Below, one piece after another: positions 49,690-57,946 of a stretch of DNA of 64,000 nucleotides. How positions within the stretch are numbered: the first letter of the stretch is position 1; every line of letters begins with the position of its first letter. The DNA is taken from assembly GCA_041906305.1 (NCBI GenBank), contig JAYRJL010000009.1, positions 102,927 through 166,926 of the forward strand, read 5' to 3'. The notes beneath the pieces were generated by a model that saw only the letters and a program-made list of their open reading frames with translations, ran no database searches and was not told the origin of the DNA. The stretch comes from Alphaproteobacteria bacterium. Its GTDB lineage: Bacteria > Pseudomonadota > Alphaproteobacteria > SHVZ01. Position numbers and translations under genes: made by a program.

Positions 49690-49690
49690 C

Positions 49691-50470
49691 TCAGCGTCCC
49701 TTGAAGACGGGCTTCGCCTTTGCGAGGAAGGCGTCGCGACCGGCGCGATAGTCCTCCGTGCCGAAGCAGGCGAAGCCTTCGTCCGCCTCATCCGACGAGA
49801 GCGGCCGAGCCTCGGCCAGGCGCCGGGCGAATTTCTTGTGCCAGCGGTTGACGAGCGGGGCGCCGTCGGCGATCCGCCGGGCGGTCGCGGTGCCCTCGCC
49901 CTCCACCTTATCGTCGGCGACCACGCGGTTGACCAGGCGCTTCTGCAGAGCCTCCTCGGCCCCGAAGACGCGCGCCTCGTAGAGGATCTCGAGCGCGACC
50001 GACTCCCCGCAAAGGCGGATCAGCGCCTCGATCTCCGGATAGGCCATCACCAGGCCGAGCCGGTTGATCGGCACGCCGAAGCGCGACGAGGTTCCGCAGA
50101 TCCGCATGTCGCACATCAAGGCGATCTCGAGCCCGCCGCCGACGCAGATGCCCTTGATCACCGCGAGGGTCGGATGCCGGCAGGAAGCGACCGCGCCCAT
50201 CGTGTCGTGCATCACGTGCCCGTAGGCGGTGGCCTGGGCGACGTCGGCCCGCTCGGTCGAGAACTCGGCGATGTCGGCGCCCGGCGAGAAGGCGCGGTCG
50301 CCCGATCCGGTCAGCACGACGCAGCCGACGTCGTCATCACGGTCCAGGGCGGCCATCGCCTCGCCGATCCCCCGCCACATCGCCTTGTTGAGCGCGTTCA
50401 GCTTCTCCGGCCGGTTGAGCCGGACGGTGGCGATTCGGTCCTTCTTCTCGACCTCGACGACCTCGGCCAT
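49691..50470 (-). CDS. Enoyl-CoA hydratase/isomerase family protein
   Basis: RIATVRLNRPEKLNAL...VVLTGSGDRAFSPGADI...CVGGGLEIALMCDMRI are the crotonase motifs. Start ATG at 50470 with a GAGGGAGAGG RBS. Confidence 0.85.
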   Translation of the reverse strand: MAEVVEVEKKDRIATVRLNRPEKLNALNKAMWRGIGEAMAALDRDDDVGCVVLTGSGDRAFSPGADIAEFSTERADVAQATAYGHVMHDTMGAVASCRHPTLAVIKGICVGGGLEIALMCDMRICGTSSRFGVPINRLGLVMAYPEIEALIRLCGESVALEILYEARVFGAEEALQKRLVNRVVADDKVEGEGTATARRIADGAPLVNRWHKKFARRLAEARPLSSDEADEGFACFGTEDYRAGRDAFLAKAKPVFKGR

Positions 50471-50565
50471 GCGCCTCTCCCTCGGATGCGCCGACACTAG
50501 CGGACCGGGAGGCGAAACGCGCGAAACTCTGCTAAACGACGGGCGCCAGAACGGAGGGGAAGACG

Positions 50566-51225
50566 ATGGCCGACACCGCGACCGCCCAGCTGACCGCCGA
50601 CATCCTGCTGGAGATCCAGGCGGTCCATATCCGCCCCGAGGAACCCTTCACCTTCACCTCCGGCCGGAAATCGCCGGTCTATGTCGACTGCCGGAAGATC
50701 ATCTCGTTCCCGCGCGCCCGCGCGACGCTGATGAACCTGGCGATACAGACCGTCTGCAAGGAAGCCGGGCACGAGGCCTTCGACGTGGTCGCGGGCGGCG
50801 AGACCGCGGGCATCCCCTTCGCCGCCTGGGTCTCCGAGCGCCTGATGCTGCCGATGACCTACATCCGGAAGAAGCCGAAGGGCTTTGGCCGCAACGCGCA
50901 GATCGAAGGCGACTTCAAGGACGGCGCGCGCATGCTGCTGGTCGAGGACCTGGCCTCGGAGGGCGGCTCCAAGCACCTCTTCCTCGATGCGATCAACGCC
51001 GCCGGCGCCACCTGCAAGCACATCTTCGTCATCTTCAACTACGGCACCTTCCCCGAAGGCATCGCCGCGCTCGAAGCCCGCGGCGTGAAGCTGCACTACC
51101 TCGCGACCTGGGCCGACGTGCTCGTCGCTGCCGAGCGCAAGGGCTACACCAAGGACCAGCTCGACCAGGTCCGCACCTTCCTCGCCGACCCCGACGGCTG
51201 GGCCGCCAGGCTCAAGAGCGCCTGA
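50566..51225 (+). CDS. pyrE: Orotate phosphoribosyltransferase (long alphaproteobacterial form)
   Basis: SGRKSPVYVDCRKIISFPRARATLMNLA...AGGETAGIPFAAWVSERLMLPMTYIRKKPKGFGRNAQIEG...MLLVEDLASEGGS is the PRPP-binding motif. Confidence 0.85.
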   Translation: MADTATAQLTADILLEIQAVHIRPEEPFTFTSGRKSPVYVDCRKIISFPRARATLMNLAIQTVCKEAGHEAFDVVAGGETAGIPFAAWVSERLMLPMTYIRKKPKGFGRNAQIEGDFKDGARMLLVEDLASEGGSKHLFLDAINAAGATCKHIFVIFNYGTFPEGIAALEARGVKLHYLATWADVLVAAERKGYTKDQLDQVRTFLADPDGWAARLKSA

Positions 51226-51237
51226 GGACCCGCGCCC

Positions 51238-51999
51238 ATGCCGCGTTTCGCCGCCAACCTCTCGACCATGTTCGGCGAGCACGACTGGCTCGCGCGCCCG
51301 CTGGCGGCCAAGCGCTGCGGCTTCGCGGCGGTCGAGATCCAGTCGCCCTACGAGTTCGAGCTCGACGCCTGGGTCCGCGCCAAGAACGAAGCGCAAGTCG
51401 AGTGGCTGATGATCAACCTGCCGGCGGGCAAGCCGGGCGAGCGCGGCATGGCGTGCCTGCCCGGACGCGAGGCCGACTTCCGTGCCGGCGTCGCCGAGTG
51501 TCGTCGCTACGGCGAGGCGCTCGGGATTACGCAGGTGAACATGCCGGCCGGCGTGCCGCCCAAGGACGCCGAGCGTGCCCGCATCGAGGACACCTTGATC
51601 GCGAACTACCGCTATGCCGCCGAAGAGCTGGGCAAGGCCGGGATCAAGGCGCTGGTCGAGCCGCTCAACGACCGCGACATCCCAGGCACCTTCGTCACCC
51701 GCGCCGACCAGGCGCTCGACCTGATCGACCGCGCCGGCCACGCCAATCTCGGCCTGCTGCACGACCTCTATCACGCCCAGATCATGGTCGGCGACCTGCT
51801 CCGGAACCTGGAAGAGCTGATGCCGCGCATCGGCCACATCCAGTTTGCCGACCCGCCCAAGCGGACCGAGCCTGGAACCGGAGAGCTCAACTGGTCCGTC
51901 CTGTTCGCCGCGATCGACCGACTGGGGTACCGCGGCTGGGTTTCGGCCGAGTATTTTCCGACCGGAAAGACCGCCGACAGCCTCACGTGGATGCGTTGA
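51238..51999 (+). CDS. hyi: Hydroxypyruvate isomerase-like sugar-phosphate isomerase/epimerase (xylose isomerase-like TIM barrel)
   Basis: MPRFAANLSTMFGE...AVEIQSPYEF...VEPLN...HDLYHAQIM...GHIQFAD matches the Hyi/OtnI pattern. Confidence 0.75.
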   Translation: MPRFAANLSTMFGEHDWLARPLAAKRCGFAAVEIQSPYEFELDAWVRAKNEAQVEWLMINLPAGKPGERGMACLPGREADFRAGVAECRRYGEALGITQVNMPAGVPPKDAERARIEDTLIANYRYAAEELGKAGIKALVEPLNDRDIPGTFVTRADQALDLIDRAGHANLGLLHDLYHAQIMVGDLLRNLEELMPRIGHIQFADPPKRTEPGTGELNWSVLFAAIDRLGYRGWVSAEYFPTGKTADSLTWMR

Positions 52000-52047
52000 T
52001 CCAGGCCTAGGGCGACCCTTCCGCCCCTGCCACCGGACTGCCATAAT

Positions 52048-52073
52048 CTCCCGCAGCAGAAGCACTACGGGAG
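52048..52073 (+). promoter_or_regulatory. Hairpin that sequesters the Shine-Dalgarno of the SBP gene
   Basis: ctcccg cagcagaagcacta cgggag. The 3' arm cgGGAGG is the RBS, 6 nt upstream of ATG 52081. Confidence 0.3.
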
Positions 52074-52080
52074 GTTTTCA

Positions 52081-53745
52081 ATGCGCTATCTGGCAACAGG
52101 CATTCTTGCGGCGTCGCTGGCGCTTTCGGGCACCGCCTTCGCCCAGCAGAAGGCCGGCGAGCTGACGGTCGCCATGACCCAGTTCCCCGCGACCCTCAAC
52201 CCGCACATCGACTCGATGCTGGCGAAGACGATCGTGCTGCACATGACGCAGCGCCCGATCACCACCTTCGACGAGAAGTGGCAGGCGATCTGCCTGCTCT
52301 GCACCGAGATGCCGACGATCGAGAACGGCAAGGCGGTGCCGGTCGATATGCCCGACGGCAAGAAGGGCGTGAAGGTCACCTACACGATCCATCCGAACGC
52401 CAAGTGGGGCGACGGCACGCCGGTCACCACCAAGGACGTGCTGTTCACCTACGAGGTCGGCAAGAACCCGGAGACGGGCGTCGCCGACATGGAGATGTTC
52501 CGCGAGATCGTCGGGATCGAGGCGAAGGACGACAAGACCTTCACCGTGACCAAGGACAAGCTGAAGTTCACCTACAACCAGATGAACAATTTCCGGCTCA
52601 TCCCGGCTCACATCGACGGCGCGAACTTCGATCCCAAGCAGGCGGCCGAGTACAAGAAGAAGACCGCCTTCGACACCACGCCGACCAACCCCGGCCTGTT
52701 CTTCGGCCCCTACAAGATCACCGAGCTGGTGACCTCGAGCCACGTCTCGTTCGAGCCGAACCCGACCTGGTACGGCGAGCCCGCCAAGTTCAAGCGCATC
52801 ACCTTCAAGGTGATCGAGAACACCGCGGCGATGGAAGCCAACCTGCTTTCGGGCTCGGTCGACTACATCATGGGCGAGCTCGGCGTCACCATCGACCAGG
52901 CGATCGCGTTCCAGAAGCGCCAGGCCGACAAGTACAACTATGACTTCAAGCCGGGCCTCGTTTACGAGCACATCGACCTCAACCTCGAGAACCCGCTGCT
53001 CAAGGACAAGCGCGTCCGCCAGGCCCTGCTCTACGCCATCAACCGCGACCAGATCGTGCAGCAGCTGTTCGAGGGCAAGCAGCCGGTCGCCCACACCAAC
53101 GTCAACCCGCTCGACTGGATCTACGACAAGGACGTGAAGTCCTATCGCGCCGACCAGAAGAAGGCGGCCGAGCTGCTGGACGCCGCCGGCTTCAACGTCA
53201 TGAAGGACGGCTACCGCCATAACGCCGCCGGCGACCGGCTCCGCTTCGAGCTGATGACGACGGCCGGCAACCGCTCGCGCGAGCTGGTTCAGCAGGTGCT
53301 GCAGAGCCAGTGGAAGTCGGTCGGCGTCGAGATCGTGATCAAGAACGAGCCGGCCCGCGTCTTCTTCGGCGAGACCACGAAGGAGCGGAAGTACACCGGC
53401 ATGGCGCTGTTCGCCTGGATCTCCTCGCCGGAGAACGTGCCGCTGACCATCCTCCACTCCAACCACATCCCGACCAAGGAGAACAACTGGGCCGGGCAGA
53501 ACTACACCGCCTACAAGAACCCGGAGATGGACAAGCTCCTCGAGGCGATCGAGGTCGAGCTCGACAAGGACAAGCGCCGCGCGCTCTGGACCAAGTTCCA
53601 GGCGATCTACGCCGAGGACCTGCCGGTGCTGCCGCTGTTCTTCCGCGCCGAGCCCTTCATCGTTCCGAAGTGGCTGAAGGGCATCGTGCCGACGGGCCAC
53701 CAGTACGGCACCACGATGTGGTCGCAGAACTGGGCCGCCAACTGA
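52081..53745 (+). CDS. ABC transporter substrate-binding protein, family 5 (peptide/nickel/opine type; DppA/OppA-like)
   Basis: Signal peptide MRYLATGILAASLALSGTAFAQ, then a family-5 SBP architecture of 554 aa. Confidence 0.9.
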   Translation: MRYLATGILAASLALSGTAFAQQKAGELTVAMTQFPATLNPHIDSMLAKTIVLHMTQRPITTFDEKWQAICLLCTEMPTIENGKAVPVDMPDGKKGVKVTYTIHPNAKWGDGTPVTTKDVLFTYEVGKNPETGVADMEMFREIVGIEAKDDKTFTVTKDKLKFTYNQMNNFRLIPAHIDGANFDPKQAAEYKKKTAFDTTPTNPGLFFGPYKITELVTSSHVSFEPNPTWYGEPAKFKRITFKVIENTAAMEANLLSGSVDYIMGELGVTIDQAIAFQKRQADKYNYDFKPGLVYEHIDLNLENPLLKDKRVRQALLYAINRDQIVQQLFEGKQPVAHTNVNPLDWIYDKDVKSYRADQKKAAELLDAAGFNVMKDGYRHNAAGDRLRFELMTTAGNRSRELVQQVLQSQWKSVGVEIVIKNEPARVFFGETTKERKYTGMALFAWISSPENVPLTILHSNHIPTKENNWAGQNYTAYKNPEMDKLLEAIEVELDKDKRRALWTKFQAIYAEDLPVLPLFFRAEPFIVPKWLKGIVPTGHQYGTTMWSQNWAAN

Positions 53746-53751
53746 CGTGAC

Positions 53752-53790
53752 GAAGGCCGGCGGGGCTCGCTCCGCCGGCCTTCTCTCCTT
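53752..53790 (+). terminator. Intergenic attenuator/terminator hairpin between the SBP and permease genes
   Basis: gaaggccggcgg ggctcgct ccgccggccttc is a 12-bp stem followed by TCTCCTT. Confidence 0.45.
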
Positions 53791-53805
53791 CCGGCCGACG
53801 GTCCC

Positions 53806-54762
53806 ATGACCCGCTTCCTCTCCGTCCGTTTCCTCCAGGCGATGATCGTCGTCCTGGTCATGTCGTTCGTCGTCTATGGCCTGATCGGCCTGATGCCGGG
53901 CGACCCGATCGACATCATGCTGGCGGGCGACCCCAACATGACCGCCGCCGACGCGGCGCGGCTGCGCGCCCTCTACGGCGTCGACAAGCCGATCACCGAG
54001 CGCTACCTCGCCTGGCTGATGAGTGCGATCGGCGGCGATTTCGGGTTCTCGCGCCAGCACAACCAGCCGGTGATGCACATTCTGCTGCCGCGCCTGCTGA
54101 ACACGCTCTACCTGATGATCTTCGCCTTCCTGATCTCGGTGTCGGTGGCGATCCCGGCCGGCGTCTATGCCGCCCGCAATCCCCGCTCCTGGGTCGACCA
54201 GGCGATCAACCTCTTCTGCTTTGCCGGCATCTCGGTCCCGGTGTTCTTCCTGGCGCTGCTTCTGATCATCCTGTTCGCGGTCCAGCTCGGCGTCCTGCCG
54301 GCGAGCGGCATGCGCACGGTCGGCGGTCCGCCCTCCTTCCTCGACCAGCTCCGCTACATGGCGCTGCCGGTCCTGACGCTGACCATCGCCAACGTGGCGC
54401 AGGTCACGCGCTACGTGCGCTCGGGCATGATCGAGGTGCTTCGCGAGGACTACATCCGGACGGCCCGCGCCAAGGGCGCCGACGAGAACCGCGTGGTCTG
54501 GAAGCACGCGCTCCGCAACGCGCTGATCCCGACCGTGACGATCATGGCGCTCGAATGCGGCACGCTGCTCTCGGGCGCTCTGATCACCGAGACGATGTTC
54601 GCCTATCTCGGCATGGGCAAGCTGATCTTCGACTCGATCCTCGCCAACGACTTCAACGTGGCGCTGGTGGGGCTGCTCTTCGCCTGCAGCGTCACGCTGA
54701 TCCTGAACCTGGTCGCCGACCTGCTCTACGCGGCGCTCGATCCGCGCATCTCCTACCGGTGA
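53806..54762 (+). CDS. ABC transporter permease (DppB/OppB-like)
   Basis: MTRFLSVRFLQAMIVVLVMSFVVYGLIGLMPGDP plus the EAA region ARAKGADENRVVWKHALRNALIPTV. Confidence 0.9.
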   Translation: MTRFLSVRFLQAMIVVLVMSFVVYGLIGLMPGDPIDIMLAGDPNMTAADAARLRALYGVDKPITERYLAWLMSAIGGDFGFSRQHNQPVMHILLPRLLNTLYLMIFAFLISVSVAIPAGVYAARNPRSWVDQAINLFCFAGISVPVFFLALLLIILFAVQLGVLPASGMRTVGGPPSFLDQLRYMALPVLTLTIANVAQVTRYVRSGMIEVLREDYIRTARAKGADENRVVWKHALRNALIPTVTIMALECGTLLSGALITETMFAYLGMGKLIFDSILANDFNVALVGLLFACSVTLILNLVADLLYAALDPRISYR

Positions 54763-54770
54763 GCCGCCAG

Positions 54771-55721
54771 ATGGGTTCGCTCGTCACCACCCAGATCCGC
54801 ACCGAGGACACGGCCCTGCCGCCGCCGACGCGGCCGGCGGTCCTCATCTGGCGCCGCTTCCGCCGCCACAAGGGCGCGCTGATCGGCGCCGGCATCCTGA
54901 TCTTCCTCGCCGTCCTCGCCATTCTTGCGCCCTGGATCGCCGACTGGCGCGGCCAGAACGCCGAGGAGGTCAACCTCTTCAACCGCTTCCAGCCCGCGTC
55001 GGTCGAGCACCCGCTCGGCACCGACGACCTCGGCCGCGACCTGCTGCTGCGCCTGATCTATGGCGGCCGGATCTCGCTGTTCGTCGGCCTCGTGACGGCG
55101 ATCCTGACCGCCTCGATCGGGACCACGATCGGACTGATCTCCGGCTGGTATGGCGGCCGGGTCGACGCCTTCCTGATGCGCTTCTGCGACGGCTGGATCG
55201 CGCTGCCGCTGCTGCCGGTGCTGATCGTGCTCGCCGCGGTCGACCCGACCAAGGTCGGGCTCCCGGCCTCGATCGCCAAGTCGCCCGACTTGAGCCTCTA
55301 CCGCATCGTGCTGATCATCGCGCTGGTGACCTGGACCACCTCCGCCCGCCTCGTGCGCGGCGTGACGCTGACCTTGAAGACCCGCGACTTCGTCCAGGCC
55401 GCGGTGGCGCAGGGCGCGTCCACCGCCCGCATCCTCTTCGTCCACATCCTGCCGAACGCGCTCTCGCCGATCCTGGTCGCCGCCACCTTGGCCAGCGGTA
55501 ACATCATCCTGCTGGAGTCGACGCTGAGCTTCCTCGGTCTCGGCATCCAGCCGCCGGTCGCGAGCTGGGGCAACATCCTGACCAACGCGCAGGAGATCAT
55601 CTGGTCCCAGCCGATGCAGGCCATCTACCCGGGCGTGCTGATCTTCACGACCGTGATCTCGCTCAACTTCGTCGGCGACGGCCTCCAGGACGCGTTCGAT
55701 CCGCGGACCGAGGGACGGTAG
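54771..55721 (+). CDS. ABC transporter permease (DppC/OppC-like)
   Basis: HPLGTDDLGRDLLLRLIYGGRISL is the DppC N-terminal motif. EAA region AAVAQGASTARILFVHILPNALSPI. Start at ATG 54771 (M73 of the track ORF). Confidence 0.9.
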   Translation: MGSLVTTQIRTEDTALPPPTRPAVLIWRRFRRHKGALIGAGILIFLAVLAILAPWIADWRGQNAEEVNLFNRFQPASVEHPLGTDDLGRDLLLRLIYGGRISLFVGLVTAILTASIGTTIGLISGWYGGRVDAFLMRFCDGWIALPLLPVLIVLAAVDPTKVGLPASIAKSPDLSLYRIVLIIALVTWTTSARLVRGVTLTLKTRDFVQAAVAQGASTARILFVHILPNALSPILVAATLASGNIILLESTLSFLGLGIQPPVASWGNILTNAQEIIWSQPMQAIYPGVLIFTTVISLNFVGDGLQDAFDPRTEGR

Positions 55722-55773
55722 TCGCTCCCACTATCTATTGCGAATTCAAAGGTCCGGGGACTCGGAGCATGCG

Positions 55774-56157
55774 TCAAGAACGCGCCGGTGATGGCCCTCT
55801 TAGGACGGCATCGCCTGAACGAAAGATTCGAAGCGAGATCCGAGCCTCGATGCCGACCGTCCAAAATTCAATCTCGCCGAGGGCTTCGAGTGTCGCTTCG
55901 GTCCTCTCTCGGTCGATCTCCCAACAATTGGCCGCAGATAGATAGCGCACCCATGGATTCTCGTGCTCTAGACTCGGCAGGAGAGTCTGCAGAGCGGAGC
56001 GAGACCAAAGTTCATTGGCAATCGCGTATTGCTCTCGGAATTTCCGCGTATACGGTCGGTTCAGGCCGGCTTCCCCGTCTTCGCCCATCAAGATCGCCAG
56101 CTCGACAAAGCGTTCGACGAGTTGCTCGATTGACCGACCAGTAAGGTCTTTTGTCAT
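55774..56157 (-). CDS. Putative immunity protein (127 aa, helical/HEAT-like) cognate to the upstream toxin
   Basis: ATGA start/stop overlap with the toxin gene. Low GC (about 55-58% versus about 68%). Small acidic cytoplasmic protein. The family assignment is tentative (it resembles DUF2019-type immunity proteins, from memory). Confidence 0.5.
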   Translation of the reverse strand: MTKDLTGRSIEQLVERFVELAILMGEDGEAGLNRPYTRKFREQYAIANELWSRSALQTLLPSLEHENPWVRYLSAANCWEIDRERTEATLEALGEIEFWTVGIEARISLRIFRSGDAVLRGPSPARS

Positions 56158-57392
56158 TTGAGTGCCTTCACTTCACGAAGTACGTCCAGCCCCACGCGCA
56201 TGTGCTCCGAGAATGACCGGCCAACCAGCCATTCTCGGTATGACAGTCCTCCAAGCTCTGGGCGTGGTTTCGTCATGGCATAGACGACGTCCCAATGCTT
56301 GCCTCGAGGTATGCGGACGATGTTCGCAGTATTGTTGATCATTTTTTTGGAGAAGCCACTACCCTGCTCGACGACGTGATGCCAGTCGCGGAAAGGTCCG
56401 GCCGACTTGTATTTTCTCTTGAACGCTTCGAACGAGTTGAAATCCCGGAAGTCTTTGTCGGCGATCATCTCCTCCCACTCCTTAGCCGACTCCCAATAGC
56501 CTTCGAACTCGGGGAAGATCCGGTTGATCCGATTCACCCATTCTCGCGCGAAATCGTTGATCTCCATCCAAATCGGCGAGTTGCGTCCAGGGAATGATCC
56601 GCGGCGCTTCATCTCTTCGGTGAGCCAAGCCGCTAACCAGGCAAGAGCCTCCCGCTTCGTCCTGGGAAACCTAGGAGGCTTTTCATCGCCGCCAATCAGG
56701 ACCAAGGGCGCGTTTTCGCCGCTCGCGTCGGTCAGATCCTTCCGCGCGTCGTCGAAGATCTCGACTAGACGCTGTTGTTCCTCGGTGAGCGGCTCATCAC
56801 CTGTGTCCAGCTCTTCATCAGATCCGTCGGTAGCGCCGTCCTCCGGGATCGCAACGTTGCCGACGGCACCGTCTCTTCCCGCACCATTCCCGCCGGTCCA
56901 CTGCCCGCCGTCGGGATGGCCGCGCGGCACACGCGGCTGGTCGGGGTCGTACTTGCTTTCGAGACCAGCGCGCGCGAGCCAGGCGTCGATGTCGACGCGG
57001 GGGTTGCCGCGGTTGTGCGCGGCCCCCCAGGCGAGGTAGCGGAGGCCGGCGTCGCGGAAGCGCGACTTGAACTCTGGCGGCGGGAACGCGATGGCGTCGG
57101 CGATCTCGGCTGCGCGCCTGCGATCGCCGTCGGCGAGCGCGTCGGCGGCGAGCTGCAGCAGCGGCGCGCGGTCGCCGAGAGCGAAGTCGCGTCCGTAGAC
57201 CTCGCGCATCGCGTCTTCGAGTACGCGCAGATCCATCAGCCACGGCACCGGCTTGCCGCGGACGCCGGCGCGGATGCCGCCGACCGGCCAGTGCGAGAGA
57301 CGGATCAGGTCGCCGTCGATCCAACAGCGCTCAGGTCCGCTCCGGGCAAAGTCCGGGCGGTCGCGCGACACCCATCGGGTGTGCCCGTGCAT
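56154..57392 (-). CDS. Putative polymorphic toxin. The N-terminal region has genome-typical GC, then a Gly/Asp-rich linker, then a low-GC C-terminal domain with a W-H-H motif (WHH-type HNH/EndoVII-fold nuclease candidate).
   Basis: C-terminus ...GPFRDWHHVVEQGSGFSKKMINNTANIVRIPRGKHWDVVYAM: WHH, then about 25 aa, then a conserved His, which fits the HNH beta-beta-alpha-metal layout. The linker is DPDQPRVPRGHPDGGQWTGGNGAGRDG...DGSDEELDTGDEPLTEEQQ. GC drops from about 66% to about 53% at the linker and stays low through the immunity gene. A GGAG RBS lies 7 nt before the ATG. Confidence 0.55.
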   Translation of the reverse strand: MHGHTRWVSRDRPDFARSGPERCWIDGDLIRLSHWPVGGIRAGVRGKPVPWLMDLRVLEDAMREVYGRDFALGDRAPLLQLAADALADGDRRRAAEIADAIAFPPPEFKSRFRDAGLRYLAWGAAHNRGNPRVDIDAWLARAGLESKYDPDQPRVPRGHPDGGQWTGGNGAGRDGAVGNVAIPEDGATDGSDEELDTGDEPLTEEQQRLVEIFDDARKDLTDASGENAPLVLIGGDEKPPRFPRTKREALAWLAAWLTEEMKRRGSFPGRNSPIWMEINDFAREWVNRINRIFPEFEGYWESAKEWEEMIADKDFRDFNSFEAFKRKYKSAGPFRDWHHVVEQGSGFSKKMINNTANIVRIPRGKHWDVVYAMTKPRPELGGLSYREWLVGRSFSEHMRVGLDVLREVKALK

Positions 57393-57583
57393 CGGCCAAC
57401 TCCATGTCGGAAAAAGAAAAGGACCCGCCGCCCGGTCCGGGCGCAGGTCCTCTCAGTAGCGCTCAACCTGTCAAAAACGCGGATTTCCGTCAACTAAATT
57501 TGCGTATAAAAATCCTCATCACGAATTGTGTCGGCCCCCTTCAAGGGCTTAGGCCCTGGCGCCGGTAACGCTATGATCCGGCC

Positions 57584-57946
57584 GTGACCCGTGCCCTCCT
57601 GCTCATCGGAAGCCTGCTGCTGGCGACCCTTCCGGCCTTCCCGGCCGAGGCGCAGATCGGCCCGGCTACGCGCGGGGCGTGCTTCCTGGTGCGCAACATG
57701 GCGCCGTTCGGCCTCTCGGGCCGCGTCATCATGAAGTCGCGCGAGCGCTACACCTTTGTGCTGCAGAAGGGCCAGAGCCGCCGCGCCTGCATCGAAGGCG
57801 AGATGTACCCGAACGACAAGGTCGAGCTCGCGATCACCGTGTTCGGGATGCCGCTCTTCGTCTGCTACACGAAGGTCGACCAGCCGATCCAGCTCTACGC
57901 CGTGCGCCAGGAAGAGGGCTACAAGTACTACGCCGACTGCCGCTGA
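57584..57946 (+). CDS. Hypothetical small secreted protein (120 aa; signal peptide; 4 Cys)
   Basis: GTG start; MTRALLLIGSLLLATLPAFPAEAQ is signal-peptide-like. Its stop abuts the MFS gene stop. Confidence 0.45.
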   Translation: MTRALLLIGSLLLATLPAFPAEAQIGPATRGACFLVRNMAPFGLSGRVIMKSRERYTFVLQKGQSRRACIEGEMYPNDKVELAITVFGMPLFVCYTKVDQPIQLYAVRQEEGYKYYADCR

